Of a stretch of 64,000 nt of DNA, positions 47,253-60,300 are shown piece after piece; positions within the stretch are counted from its first letter, which is position 1, and every line of letters starts with the position of its first letter. The translations under genes were made by a program, and so were the position numbers. Source of the DNA: Amoebophrya sp. A120. Lineage: Eukaryota > Protista > Dinoflagellata. The stretch spans positions 2,408,089-2,472,088 of the forward strand of contig CAJINV010000001.1 in assembly GCA_905178155.1 (NCBI GenBank), given 5' to 3'. The notes under the pieces were generated by a model. That model did no database searches. It was not told the DNA's origin and saw only the letters and a program-made list of their open reading frames with translations.

Positions 47253-49294
47253 CTATGCTTCCTTGGCCTCGGCCTTATCACCCTCAGGAGCCTTCTCACC
47301 CTCTACTTCTTTCGACGCTTCATCATCGCCTGCGGCCTTGTCGCCGTTTTTATCATCCCCCTCAGCCTTTTCGCCCTCGGCCTCGCCTTCCGTCTTCGCT
47401 TCGTCCTTCCCTTCCGCGGGCTTTTCTCCTGCTGTTTCGGACGGTTTCTCTTCTTCCGCCGGTTTCTCTCCTCCTTCCGCCGGGGGCTTCTCCGCCTCAG
47501 TCCCCACAGCACCTGCTCCGAACCGCTGTCTAATTGGTTTCATCTCGCTTCCTGGCGGCGCCGTTGACTTATCCAGCGTTTTGGCAGCTTTTGCGAAAAA
47601 TGCCTCGTTCAATTCACCATTCTTCCCGGCATCCTCCGTGCACTTCTCCACCTGCGCCGCCGCCAGCACTAACTGCTGTGTCGGCGAGCCCTTGGGCAGG
47701 GCGCCCATTTCGAGCCGGCACTCGGGCGGCTCGTGCAAAAGGGCGACGTTGCCGGTCTTCGGGTTGCGTCGCACGTAGTACTGAATAATGTTTTTCTGCG
47801 CCTCCGCACAAAATTGGTACGCCCGGGAAGTTTCGTGCACCGCGTCGGCAGCTTCCGCGAGCTTTTCCGGTGGGGGGCACTCCTTGCCGGTTGTGCCCAG
47901 AAGCTTGTCGACCTGGTAAAGGTCGTCAAGATACTTACTTTTATCAACTACAAATGCGTTCGCGTCATCATGTGCCGTGCGGCCATGCACCACTCTTCAA
48001 CATATCGACAATACCCTCCGAACAAACACAACTCCAAACACGTCGAAAAAGATGAATAAAAAGAACTTTACTGCTATACAGCTTAAGTACCTTCCCTGCC
48101 GCAGTCTCCAGAGCGTCGTTGACGTGCTCCGCGCCTTTTGCCAGCCACTCGCCGTACTTCGCCACCGTGTTCCCCCTGCCGAAGAGAAACTCCCCCGTCA
48201 CCAAATCGAAGTTGTCTGGCGGCTTGACCGGGTGTTCGTACAGGATTGCGTCGCCCGAAAGAGGTTCTGTAGTTCCTGCAGCTTCCCCTTCTGCGGCACT
48301 TTGGTTTGAATTATCCCCCTCCGCCTTCGGCTGCATTTCCGTCTGCAAGTTCACCACCCGATACACGATGTCCCCGCCCTTCACCGCTTCCTTGTACTTC
48401 TTCGCCGCCTCGCTCTGCGCCTCCCCCGTATCGAGTGCATATATGTCTGGGTCTGGAAGAATGTTAGTGTAATGCTGTTTGTGCATGACACAGAAGATCT
48501 AGCATGCCAGTCCTAGCAACACAGGTTTTGAGCACCTTAGGCGATGCCCAATCCGCATGACAATTTCCCTCTTTTGGTGACGAGAAATGCGCAAGTTTTG
48601 CGGCCCATGCATGACAGATTTTTTTCTGGTCTTCAATGCGCATCAGAAGTTTACATGTTTCCAGACCCAGACGTATTTGCAATGCATAGCCCGTACCCAT
48701 GCGCAGTCTCTCCGGACGCCGCCCCGCCGTTCGCACGCAGATGCAGTCGCTCGGGTGCGCGCACAGGCTCGGGGAGTACGCAACAGGAGAGAAACTGTAG
48801 CAGGCCTTGTCCTTCGCCCCCAATCCGTTTTTCAACCCGAGCTCGCACAGCTCCTTCACGACCTTGTCTTGCCGCCCCGTCACGGGACAGCCATCTTCGA
48901 ACTCGTACCCCATGCCGCTTCCCTTGCCGCTCATCAGCATCACGCCTTGGGGCATCCCGTTGCTGGGCTTCTCCTTGTCCTCGTCCCCGGACGAGGTCAT
49001 CTGCGTTTCCAAGTCCTCCTTGGTGGGCATGAAGCCAAACTTTTTCACGTTCGCGACGCATTTGTACCCCACGTCGCAGAGCTTCAAATCACCACTACCT
49101 GCAGCGTCGGCAAAGGAAGTCGGACGGTGGTCGTGGGTACCAGATATAGAGGTGTAGTGAGGATCATGTGAAGAGGTCTCCGCAGAAAGAACCGGCGACC
49201 AGTGCTGCTGAAATTGGTCCAGAAACGCACGGAGCAAGGCGGGCATGGTGCGGTGTTGATTTACATTTGTTTTCAACTTCTTGTTTCCTTTCAC
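47253..49294 (-). CDS. Hypothetical Cys-containing protein with E/K/A-rich C-terminus (start uncertain)
   Basis: ORF 48464-49294 joins 47968-48486 across an introner (RMGTG-EAQSE), then ORF 47253-47993 across a GT-AG intron at ~47913-48091. Confidence 0.65.
48429..48688. mobile_element. Introner family A
   Basis: Family A TIRs; direct repeat CCCCG/GCCCG. Confidence 0.85.
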
Positions 49295-49992
49295 TTAATG
49301 CAAACGATAGGAGTTCCTGGACAAGAACTTGCCGAAGAAGAATCGCCCTGTAACAACTTTCTAGAGAATGCCGAAGAAACAATGACTCTGCATTCGACCA
49401 CCGAAAAGATGCAGCGGAAAGCGACGATTTCGATTTGCGAAGGTAGATAATGCGCGACGGCAGAAACTTCGATGTGAAGAAAAAATCGCAATCACGACTT
49501 GTTCACAAAACGATGCATCACGACGATCGCCGACACGCGAAATTCCTTCACGGCTAAGCGTTTTATTAATTTTTTCCACACGAAATAGTGATTCAGTCGG
49601 TACTACGTAAAAGACCTATCAACCGCGAAGGTCAGCATCATTTCTCTGCGTGACAAGCGCACAACAGCTACACTAGATTTGTAGGCACACAACTGCTCCA
49701 CCAGCGTCCGCATGTCGTCGTGACCTATGCCATGAACAGAATCGGAAAGCAGCTGTCCATTAGTACCCACCATAGCATTTCATTCTCTCCTTATGCCTTT
49801 TTTCCTTATCAACATGAGTTGCAAAATGAATATGAAGCAAAAAAAATGCACAAGAAGAATTATTCCACGGTAACTGAGTACTATCTCACATTATGCAGCA
49901 GGAACGTGCTCGTCTTTATTCTCACTGGGGGTTTTCAAGAAGTTTTTATGAAGAATGTGTATGAGTCTTTCTATGATCATCGCCACTGTCAT

Positions 49993-51310
49993 TTAAGCCA
50001 GCCGCCTCTTCTTCCGGTTATTTTTTCCTTGCAAAGGTCGTTCGTCGTCTTCTCCATCAGTCAATAGCCTCTTCCCGCCGGTGGAAGCCAAGGCGTCCAG
50101 TCCTCCGTGAATGCGGGAAGATCCATCTTCCTCTTCGGATTGCTCATCGGAACATTCCTCATCGGATGAAGATTCTTCGTCGGAAGCTTCCTCACAGGAA
50201 GACTCCTCAACATCGGAAGATTCCTCATCGGGACGAGATTCCTCTTCGCATTGCTCCCCAAACTGCACCGTCATGTCCAACGTAACCGATGCCAAACTGG
50301 ATTCGTTGTAGGACATCCCGTAGTAGGACAAAAATTTTCGGAGGTGCTCCGGATATGAAATGCAAAAGTGTCTGGGTCTGGAAGGATGTAACATGTGATG
50401 CGCATTTCGGAACACACAAAAATCTCTCATGCATGGGTAGCAAAAGCTGCGCACTTTCTGGCTCCAAAGTGGGGGGTTTGTCATGCGGGTTCGGCATTGC
50501 GGAAGCTTCTCGAAACCTGTGATGCCAGAGCTTCCATGCCAGACCTTCTGTGTCATGCAGAAACAGCATGACTCTTCCAGACCCAGACATTTTTACACTT
50601 GATACCGGACCCGCGGCGACCATTTTTGCCGCAAATCTCCGATAGTGCGGTATCGCGTACCGCAAAACATCGACTGTTGCCACTTCCTCCGTGCTGATGC
50701 GAATATAAGAAGGTTCTTCGCTCCGCGCGACCATCTGCTCGTACGCCGCGACGAGATGCGGCTTTTGGCGGCAAGTCTCTGCGAACAGGTTTACCTTGTC
50801 GCAAAATTTCTGCCCGTGCTTCTTCACTAACTGAGGGGTCCCAAAAGAACGCAAACGCAACTCTTTAACAGCCTGGTCGATTTTCTTATCGCGATAAAAC
50901 GAATTTGGAAAAACAGTCTCCGCGAAAAAAGTGAAGGCGCTGTTGTAGAGAAAGTGGTCCACAACGTCCTGCAGTGTCCGTCGCTGTTCCTTGAAGAGAA
51001 ACGTTCGTCGCTTCGACATCAGCGCGTCCGACCTTCGCAGTTTCAGGATTTTCTGCCGCGACCCGGTAAACCGCGTGCTTGCCTCAGTAAGGTACATGGC
51101 GAGAAGCCACTCTCGCAGCTCGTCTTTGTTCTCAAAGTCTCTCAGCTCCGCCGGGGACGCGTCCGTAAAGAGCCAGGTGAAACACAAAGCCACCATGTAA
51201 GAGTGCAAGGCCTCGAACAAGCCAGGCGGGTGCAGGCGCACAGTCACGTCCTGTTCTCCCTCGGCTGAATATGAGGTTGGAGAACTTGAACTTCTCTTCC
51301 CCGTCGTGCT
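49993..51310 (-). CDS. Hypothetical protein segment with acidic tail; possibly the 3' exons of the RING gene
   Basis: ORF 50225-51247 joins 49993-50556 across an introner (AAGP-EHLRKF); an in-frame AG acceptor lies near 51311. Confidence 0.6.
50354..50604. mobile_element. Introner family A
   Basis: Family A TIRs; direct repeat CCGGA. Confidence 0.9.
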
Positions 51311-51599
51311 CTAGTCATTATTTCTTGTGATGCTCAAAAAAGAACGCCAACCACTGCCTTTCGTTTCCCTTTTGGCAGCATTTTTGCAATGACAAGTTCC
51401 GCAAGGAGCCGATGCCGAACTAGCCTCACAGCCCCCCCGGTCTCATTCTCATACCGATGCCTGGGCCCGCCCGGGCATGGTGTTGAGACCATCTTGCTAT
51501 GCAAAGGAAACACTGATTTTCAACATTTGGCTTCATCATCTGATGCTCTTCAAATGAGCCGACGGAGGGAAGTTTTTTGCACTACCATAGCCAGCTCAC

Positions 51600-54500
51600 C
51601 TTTACCGAAAACACTATCAAATGTAAAAATGTCTGGGTTTGGAAATTTCTGAGACTTGTCATGCACGTTTTGCATGGGCCATGATGTCTGTGATGCATGC
51701 CCTAGCATCACAGACTTTTTGAGGGCTTCGCGATGCCTATTCCGCATGGCAAATTCCCTCTCCGCGTAGCCAAAATTGCATTCCCTTTGCTGCTTATGCA
51801 ATACAGATTTCTTTGGAATGCAAATGCAGCATCACAACTTCCAATCTTTCAGAGCCAGACATTTTTACAGTTGATAAACACCTGTTGCAGGCAGTGGAGA
51901 AATATGCATTGCAAAAATGTCTGCGTCTGGAAGAATGCATGTTTGTCATGCTTGTCTGGCATGACTCTTAAATCTGTCATGCACGTTACCCAAAAGCTCC
52001 ACTTTTCTGTGATGCAGAAACGCAGTTCGTCATGCAAAGTAAGTAGGCAACACCCAGAAGCTCAGAAACTTGTCATGGTGAGCCAGCACTTGTGGCCTCA
52101 TCATGAGACGCCACCCAGCATCACAAGTTTCCAGACCCAGACATTTTTGCATTTGATAAGAAAGTCTCGCGGCGAGACGGCGCGTGCTCCTGCACCTCCT
52201 CCCAGGGGCAGATGCTGCTCCCACTCGCGGGACAGGAGACTGAGCAGCGCGGCCTGGGCGATCACCGTTTCTTCCAGCGGCGTGTCCCGGAAAATTGCAG
52301 AAGAAGAAGCTGCAGTAAATCGGTGCCTCCGCAAAGCGTTATCCATTTCAAACTTTTTCACGTAATCTGCGAAAGAAAAGGGCACGGTAGAAGTTGCACC
52401 TACGGAGGTCCCGCAGCCGCAACTTTCCTCCATCTCGCGCACCGCATTCTTCCGCTCTTCGTATCGCAGCAGCGCCGCACTCAGACCCAGTGGATGCGAG
52501 AAGGGAGTCTTCGGCTCCTGCACTGGAAAGAGCGGCTTTGGTTTTTCCTTGTCTACTTCATCATTTTTCCCAGTAGGAGTTGCACTGCCGTCATAATCGC
52601 GGAGGTCCTCGTATGTTGTATCCAACTTGTCCACCACAAACGGGTGCAGCGTGCGGGCGTAAAACTGCTTCCACACGTCGTACTCATGTTCACTGCAGTC
52701 AAAATCCAAACTCACTCGCAACGCCGATGCGATCGCTTTCAAGTGCGGCAGCTCCCACCGCTGAAAGGGGCGGCTCGATCCCCGCAGCGGGAACACCATC
52801 GTCATCCATATTTCGTCGAGGGCGGGCTTGCAATCTTCCGTGAACTCCTCTTCTTCTTGGATCGTGGGCAAGGTGGGTAGCGGCGGCCCACTGCTGGAGG
52901 TGGTCTGGTAGAACCTACGGCGCTCGTACAAGTCCTCGTGGTCGTTTCGTCCGGCACTCAAAAGGAGAGGCCCGTCCTCGACCGGCCTCTCGATGGGGGC
53001 TTCAACACCCCCGCCGTCGACATCAAACGGCGCCTCGATGAACGGGGGCCTTGGTGTCCCCGTCGTCCTACTCGTGCCTCCTTTGGCGGTGCGCCGCACC
53101 AAGCCGAGGTACTGCTGCCACCGGCGTTCCGTCCCCGCTAGCCGCACCTTCCGCTCCGACGCTAGGGCGAGCTGGACCAGCCGCGCAGCCTCTTGCCGCA
53201 ACAAGCGCACGCGCTTCGATCGGGCTTCGTAGTACAGCGCGATGGGATGGACGGTCGAGGTAAAGCAGGCATCTGCTGTTGTACTGATGGTGCAACGGTC
53301 AGGATTAAGGTGCTGGTAGAAAGAAGAGGCTGCGCCCGTAGTTGACGAAGAGCTGGATGTTGAAAAACCGCCTCGTTTGTCGCTTCTTTCCTGCACGCTG
53401 GCTGCCAGTTGTCGGCTATTGTAGTTACTATCACAATGTGCGGAGTTTCCTTCCCCATAGCACAGCAGCGCGGCCACGTCATGCACTTTCCGTTCGTGGT
53501 TTTCGTCCGCAGAGACAATACGCAGGGCCTGCTCAAAGGCCGCTTTGTTTGTGAACTTGCACTCCTCTTCGTAGTGGTCCCGAAACTTCGCCAGCTCTCC
53601 GCTCCAGCCGCATCCGCGGTCTTTGTGGCAGCAGAAAACGGAGACTTCCGGACAAACGCGGTGCGCGTGGTGCTCGAACCGGTCGAACCGCGCAATCGCC
53701 GCCTTGCACTTGCTGCACGACCCTTTCTGCATCATCACCATGCGCTTGATGGGCAAGGCCGGCGTGACGCCATGGAACTTTTTGCGGCACAGGGGGCAGG
53801 CCTTGTACGTGGATCCGTCTTCCCGCTTCTTCACCATGTGTTCTGACTCCACGCACTCGCGGCACATCGCTTGCCCCCCGCAGCAGTTGAGCAGGACCGG
53901 GTCCTGCACGGTTTGCAGGCAAATCGGACACTTGCACTCCTCTTCCGCCTCCTTGTTGTCAAACACGAAGTCGGGCAGCGAGTCTGGTAACCTCTCGCAC
54001 TGCTGCGCCTGTGCAGCCGCGTCCCCCAAGTCGTCCTCGTTCGCCCCCTTGTAGTCCGGCCGGACCTTGGTGATCCCGTGGCAGATCTCCGAGAAGGAAT
54101 ACAGCGAAAGGAGATCCCTGCTCCGGGGCTGCTCCATCACTTTCCACAAACTCGTCTTCGACGTGGGAGAAAAGGGATCCGCCTTCTCCAGGGTATCAAA
54201 TGCAAATATGTCTGGGTCTGGAACGTTTGTAGATTTGGCATGCATATTTTCGATGACCCATTATGTCTGTGATGCATGCCGTAGCATCACACATTTTCCG
54301 AGGGCTTTGTGATACCTCTACCGCATGAGAAATGCCCTCTCGGCGTCGCACAAACTAACTGGAGCCCTCTTGCTGGTCATGCAATACAATTTTTTTTGGA
54401 ACCCAGAGACAGCATCACAAGTTTAGAATCTTACAGACCCAGACATATTTGCATTTGATACAGGGCCTGCTGCAGCAAATCGTTGTAGAAGGGGATGGGC

Positions 54501-55834
54501 ATCACGGCTGGCACGATATCCTCGCAAATAAGCCACTCTTTGCTGATTACCTGAAACTTAAACTCCGCCTTCACGACCGCCTGTAGATTATCCTTGGAGG
54601 CGTGAAGATCTTCACGCGGCCCGAGAGGAAGGCTCTTCCCCTCCACGATGCGGTACAGCGCAATGCGGAACCGCGTGGGCGTGCCGAGCATGGCACTTTC
54701 GTCCACGAGCGCAGCCTGGTGCGCATGCTCCACAGGCAGCCCGCTCTTGTTGAGAAAACAGTAGGAACAGCTCGCGTTGTTCTCGTTTGTGTATCCGCAC
54801 AGGGAAGGATGCAGGCTGGCGGTCGTCCCCGGCTTCTCCAACTTTGTCAGGCGCAAGCCGGACGAAAATTGTCCATCTTCATCATCATCACGCAGCAGCT
54901 CATCTATTTCATCACTTAACTCATCTCTGACACCCAGTGGTTCTCGCTTAGAGGAAGATCGTGTCCATAACGCGAAGGTTTGCAGTATGTGGTATTTTTC
55001 TTCTTCGTCGATTTCCCCAGCGGCCCCTGCGCCAAGAAAGCAGATCTGCGACTTCGATGCCTGTTGGGGCACGAGGAGGTGATGCACTTGCGCGCCGGCG
55101 CGGGCTGCCGCTGCATTCGTGCTGCCGCCGATTGCAGTTGTGACGGCTGGTAGTTTTTTTCGGAAATAGAAATCTTTGACGGAACAATTCATGCCGGTAT
55201 CATCTTGTTCATGACGATTTGTTCCCGTCCCCTCCCAGAGTTTTTGTGCGACCTTGGTTTTGGATGTCTCGTCCAGTGTGTTTGCTTGTGCCGACTTGAT
55301 GCTCGTCACGGGTGAAGCTGCTGCATCCGTTCTGCTTGCAAAAACTGCGGACGAAGTGGAGTTATGTTGCTTTCCCGTTCTAGTACTTTGGGGACATGAT
55401 AACAAAGATGAAGAAGCGGAAGAAGAAGCAGCTCCTGGAGTGGATGAAGAACTTTTACACGACGACCGGGGACGAGCACTTCTTCTCGCTCCTGCTGAAC
55501 TCGAAAAGTTCCGCTCGCTTTCTTCCTCCAGAATGCTTTGCAAGCCCGGCGCGCAAGAGACGGTGGACTTCGATCCTGTAGCACAACAGCCCGATGCAAC
55601 TGCGGCCATCGTTCCTGCTGCAGCGGAGCAGAAGTCGGACACATGCGCGTCAAACGCAGACAAGGCAGTGTCCAGCTCTTCGTCTAGCTGCTCCGACGAG
55701 GGCAAGGGGCTGCTGCTGCTCCCCGTCTCGGTCAGAAAGGAGGCCTCGTCGTCATCAGGCACTTGGGAGTGCTCTCCATCGTGGTGGTCCTGCGACACGT
55801 CCAAAAGGTTCGCAAGAGTCGTGTTTGATGTCAT
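51600..55834 (-). CDS. RING finger plus TRAF-type zinc finger protein (putative E3 ligase)
   Basis: CPICLQTVQDPVLLNCCGGQAMCRECV...CPLCR followed by CSKC...HHAHRVCPEVSVFCCHKDRGCGW...HYEEEC; frame joins across three introners. Confidence 0.75.
51615..51876. mobile_element. Introner family A
   Basis: Family A TIRs; direct repeat AACAC. Confidence 0.9.
51903..52158. mobile_element. Introner family A
   Basis: Family A TIRs; direct repeat AGAAA. Confidence 0.9.
54194..54460. mobile_element. Introner family A
   Basis: TATCAAATGCAAATATGTCTGGGTCTG...CAGACCCAGACATATTTGCATTTGATA; direct repeat CAGGG. Confidence 0.9.
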
Positions 55835-57368
55835 GGTTCGTGTAAGTAGTTATGTATCAGGAGAGTCGTGATCGCAAATTGATGAGCTCATGCGAGCGAT
55901 TTATAGTAAATCAACAGACAACTGTGGTCGTCGATCTCATACTGTATACTTTTATTTCAAAATTTCTGCCGAAAAGACTCCGAAGAAAACTTGACAAAGG
56001 TCTTGGCATACATATCCAGATGCTGTTGACGCCACGATTTTGAGTTTATCCTCCTATCGATCCTGACGGCAATTCTTGTACTTCGCTGTGTGAAAGCAAG
56101 CGGATGTTGTCCAAGATCTGTGCTGCATTCTATCGCTTTTTCCGTTGCGAAGACTTGTGAAGTCGTCAAAGAAAGAAGGATCGTGCTGCAAAAAGAACCA
56201 CGACATCCAAAAACTTTGTTGGCTACAGGGAACAAGAGATTGCAACGCCCATGAAGAACACAAGGGGGCGCACGTATCAAATGGAAATCCGCAAAACTTT
56301 TTTTGCCATGATTTTACTCTTCATCAAGAATAGGGCTGTAAAACAAAATAGGAGCCTCCTCATCTAAACTCTGGATCCCTACATGATCGTAACAATAAAT
56401 AATCAAAAGTAAGATCAATAAAATAGAAGCCTTGACAGCCTCTCCTGAACCATTTCTGCATCGTTGGCTCAACAGTACCGGAACAGGGGCGGAAACGGTG
56501 CGCATGTGAAGCAGAAAGAAAAAACGGAGGTCGCGGCCACGGGGAAAACCGCTTCATAGCTGAAGGCAGCTCGCAAGACGTGTGGTATGTACATATCCAC
56601 AAAAACTTAGAAAGTCAAGCAGGTCAAGAACTCGCGTTCAAGATTTCGATAAAAATGTGGACTTAGGGAGTTTAAAAGAAAGCGCAGCCTGCGGACCCTA
56701 AACCGAGGTTCGCTACCTGGCGAGGGTTCTAAAAGCTCTGTGAAAGTTCTCAAAGTCGAAAGCTTGCTAGCCCGCATAAATTCTAAATTACTGAAGAGTT
56801 GAAAAGTTGTCGCTACTTAAAGTCGTGCGCGTTCGGTTTTTTTGTTTGTTTATTTGTAGCTTTTTGTTATTGTTTTCTTGGTAGTGCAATCGAGTGTCTT
56901 GAAGCGCTCAAGTTAGGAATCAGAATCAAAATTATCAGGATTAAACATCACTTTAACTCTTTAATATCCTTCCTTCAAAAATAGCTTTGTAATAAGGACC
57001 TGGACAAAGTTGCCCGTTAGTCTGTTTAGTACCAATAAAAAATCTTGTGTCTGTTGATAGAGTTTTATTTGGTCGTCAAAAACAGAATTAAAGTGGAGTA
57101 AGTAAGTGTCTTCATAGAAGATTCTAGGTTGCGCATCACGACTGCCCGACAGGGAATATAGTCGGTTTAGTGCCTGCAAATCTTGCGTCTGTCAGTAGTA
57201 CCACTTTGTTCAATCTGTTTCTCATCGAAATCATACCTTGCTCCGCGTGGCGAACAACATTGTGACCTAAAACTAACGCTGCGGAAAATATCAATAAATG
57301 CTACGTACAATGAATAAGAATACGACTACCGTGTAATACTTTATCGTCTCAAAAATACCAAAAACCTT

Positions 57369-60300
57369 TCATTTCACTTCGCCCTCGAAAGTAGCACCAT
57401 GCGTGTCCGCTTCCCCATCATCAGTCGACTGGGGCCTCGGGGAATCAAGTTCAAGAAGAGCATCCAACTCGTCCTCAATATCGGCACCATCGACAGCTTG
57501 TTCACTGTGCAAGAAGGGTGGTTCGTCGCAGTCTTCTGGGGCGTCGTCGTGCACACGGTGTTCTGACCTGGAACTTGTGTTGAACATCCAGCGTTCGTCC
57601 GACGGGAAGACGTGGCCATGGCCGGCTGTACGACTCCACGGGGTCGCTGTCGTTGCCGACGTATCTGGAGTCGCCCAGGGCGGCGAAGTAGGCAGCAGCT
57701 CCGTCGTGGAGAACAAGTCTCCTTGTTCTCCTGCTCTCATATTACCACAGTGCTGCCCTCTCGTCTCTTCAGAAAAGCCTGGCGAAGGTCGAAGAGTCAG
57801 ACGAAATAAAGCGCTGTCTTCCACCACCCTGTGCGAGGAAGTGCTATGCGGCCTTGAAGATGACGGTGCTGGAGGCACGACTCGTCCTGCAGTGGAAAAT
57901 AAATCACTACTCCGATCCGTTGTTTCGGCTGCGGGATGATCGCGAATGTAACTAGTACTAGACGCCGGACTAGATGAATTGTGCGCCGGAGCTATAGTCG
58001 AAGCCGTGGCGGGATCGGGCTCTCGGTTGTTCCGTTCTTCCCATGGCCTTCTCCGGAACACTTCTGCCCATCTCTGACTCGTCTCCCGCAAGACTCTTTC
58101 TGTTTCAGCTCTGCTTCCTCCACTGTTGTCGCGCTCCGCTGGTCGTGACGGTGCGGTGACCTGAGTTGCGCTTACCTGAGGCGCGATGACCTGCATTTGA
58201 GTTTCTTCGAACAAATAGTACACATGCACATGCAGTCCACCACGACGTGACGCTGAAAGTAAATTCATCAGTTTCCTAAACGAAAATGAAAACAAAAAGC
58301 TCAAGCTCCTATAAAAAGCAACACGTTGGATCTACTTAGGCTATCAAAAGCAGACCAAACATTTTTACCGTAGATATGGCCGCCGTACCACCGCGCGGAT
58401 GTCCAAGGGGCACCACCGGCGATACAATTTCCGCAATTGCGGTGGCTGAATAGTCTTCATCGCGCTGAGTGCTGCAAGAAACACCAGGATTACTGCGAAG
58501 GCTTCTACCACTCGTAGTAACGTTGGCTGCAGCTTCCGAATTTGCAGCTAATGCCGCTGTGTTACTACTGCTGGAAGTGGAACTACTGCTTGCCCGTTCT
58601 TGCGCTGTCGCGGGATGTTGTTGTTGCTGTCCTCCTCCTCCACCCCCTCGTGCACCATCTACTGCTGCACCACAACGCGTTTCAAGATACCGATACCGAA
58701 GAACTTCTTCCTCTTCCAGGCCTATTTTGTTCCTGCCCGAATTGTTCAGAATTTCGGTGCTGCACTCGTACTGATTGAAAAGAAGCTGCTTCTCAGCTTC
58801 CGTAAGATTCTGGTCACCGGTCGTAAGAACGTCTCGGATGAGATTGATACCGTCGGATGAATCATATGGAGCCTGCTCGTCTATGATCGCTTGGAGCTCC
58901 GTCAGGCTCATCTTCATCAGATTCTCAGGTCGAAAGCGGGGATCCGGATCTTCATTCGCTGGATGGGCCTAGAATTAAGATTTTTCTTTATTGTTTTTCG
59001 ATATAAACAGGTATATCTTCATGATCAGTTTCACAATGTTTATACTTCGACCCCAAACGCATGCGTGCCTGTGCTGACACATGAAACGTCATGCGACAAA
59101 AATGTATCGCCCAAAGGCGGTAAAACAACCACGTAGTTATTGTAATTTTTACTACCGCAGCAGGCTCTTGCTGTAGCTCTTGTTCTGCGTCAACTTCGAG
59201 TTGTTCCTGTGTTGCACGAGTCGTGGCGGGGGCTGCCTCACGTGAATGATCCAGCGGAAGATTACTGCTGGTACTAATTCCCCCCACCTCCACCTGACTC
59301 CCGTGCGCGTCCCGCGGTTCATCCAGTTGCTCTGATACCGCCCCTTGCGTCGGCCGCTCCTGCCTTTCTTCCTCTTCTTCTCGGTCCCTAGCCTCCCACC
59401 GTTCGGTACTATCGATCTCCCGTGCCTGTTCTATCGGGCTATTATTTCTGGGAGGATCGCCCGGCTGACTAAGAGCAAATGAAGTTGGAGCTGCGCCCAA
59501 AAAATCTCTGCTCAAGCAGATGTTGCTCGTGGTAGTTGTCGTAATAGTACTCCCGCCTTGCGTCGCTTGCAGTGTCGTATCAGTGGGCAATCTACCCGCC
59601 GCTGAGCGAGAATTTGTATCTGTTCCACTTACATGGAGCCGCTTGCTGTCCCTGCTCTCCGGATAAACAACATCAACATCTTCTTCCCTGTTAGAATCGG
59701 ATGTAGTTATTAAATCAGCTGCAGCAGTAGCAACTCTATTACCTTGGATTCGTTCATCACTTGCCGCTTCGCCTCCTGGTCTTCGTACTACTGCTGTGTT
59801 AGCAGCTGTCAAGATTTCGCGTGCTGCGTTAGCACTTAGCGAAAGAAAGCGCGGAACCGCAGCAGTTCTCCTGCTTCTACGCGCAGGTTGTGTGCTGTTG
59901 CTGGCCAAATTCTCGCTTGTTGCAGAAGAAGAAGTTGAAGTTGTTCCATTCGCAACGTTCCACCTCAGCGACGCACTACTACCGCTATGGTTCCTCTCGT
60001 CGAGCAGTCCTCTTTGTTCCACCTGTCCGTGGTCGTCCTGGCTTTCGTCTACAACGTCCGTCCCGGCTGGAGCCCCTCTAGTTGTACTCGACGGAAGGAG
60101 CTCCTCGCTCGGCTGCCTCGGTTCTTGCCTTGCTGTTTGGTGTTCCCTTATGGCTTGCTCGCCGCGTCGCCCCGCCCGGTCATTTCGTCGTAGACGGCTT
60201 CTGCTGCTTCGTTCTTCTCCATACCGTCTCACAGGCCTCGATGATGAAGATGAACTCGACGTACTCTGCGCTGCGTCGGACGACGAGCGCCGGGCCCCAT

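Noticed and set aside
234-54460. Recurring peptides such as PDPDIFAFD, FQTQTFLH, KCKNVWVW and NANMSGSG in many listed ORFs as a protein family
   Set aside because: They are translations of the family A TIR in different frames. ORFs run into introners, so these termini are artefacts.
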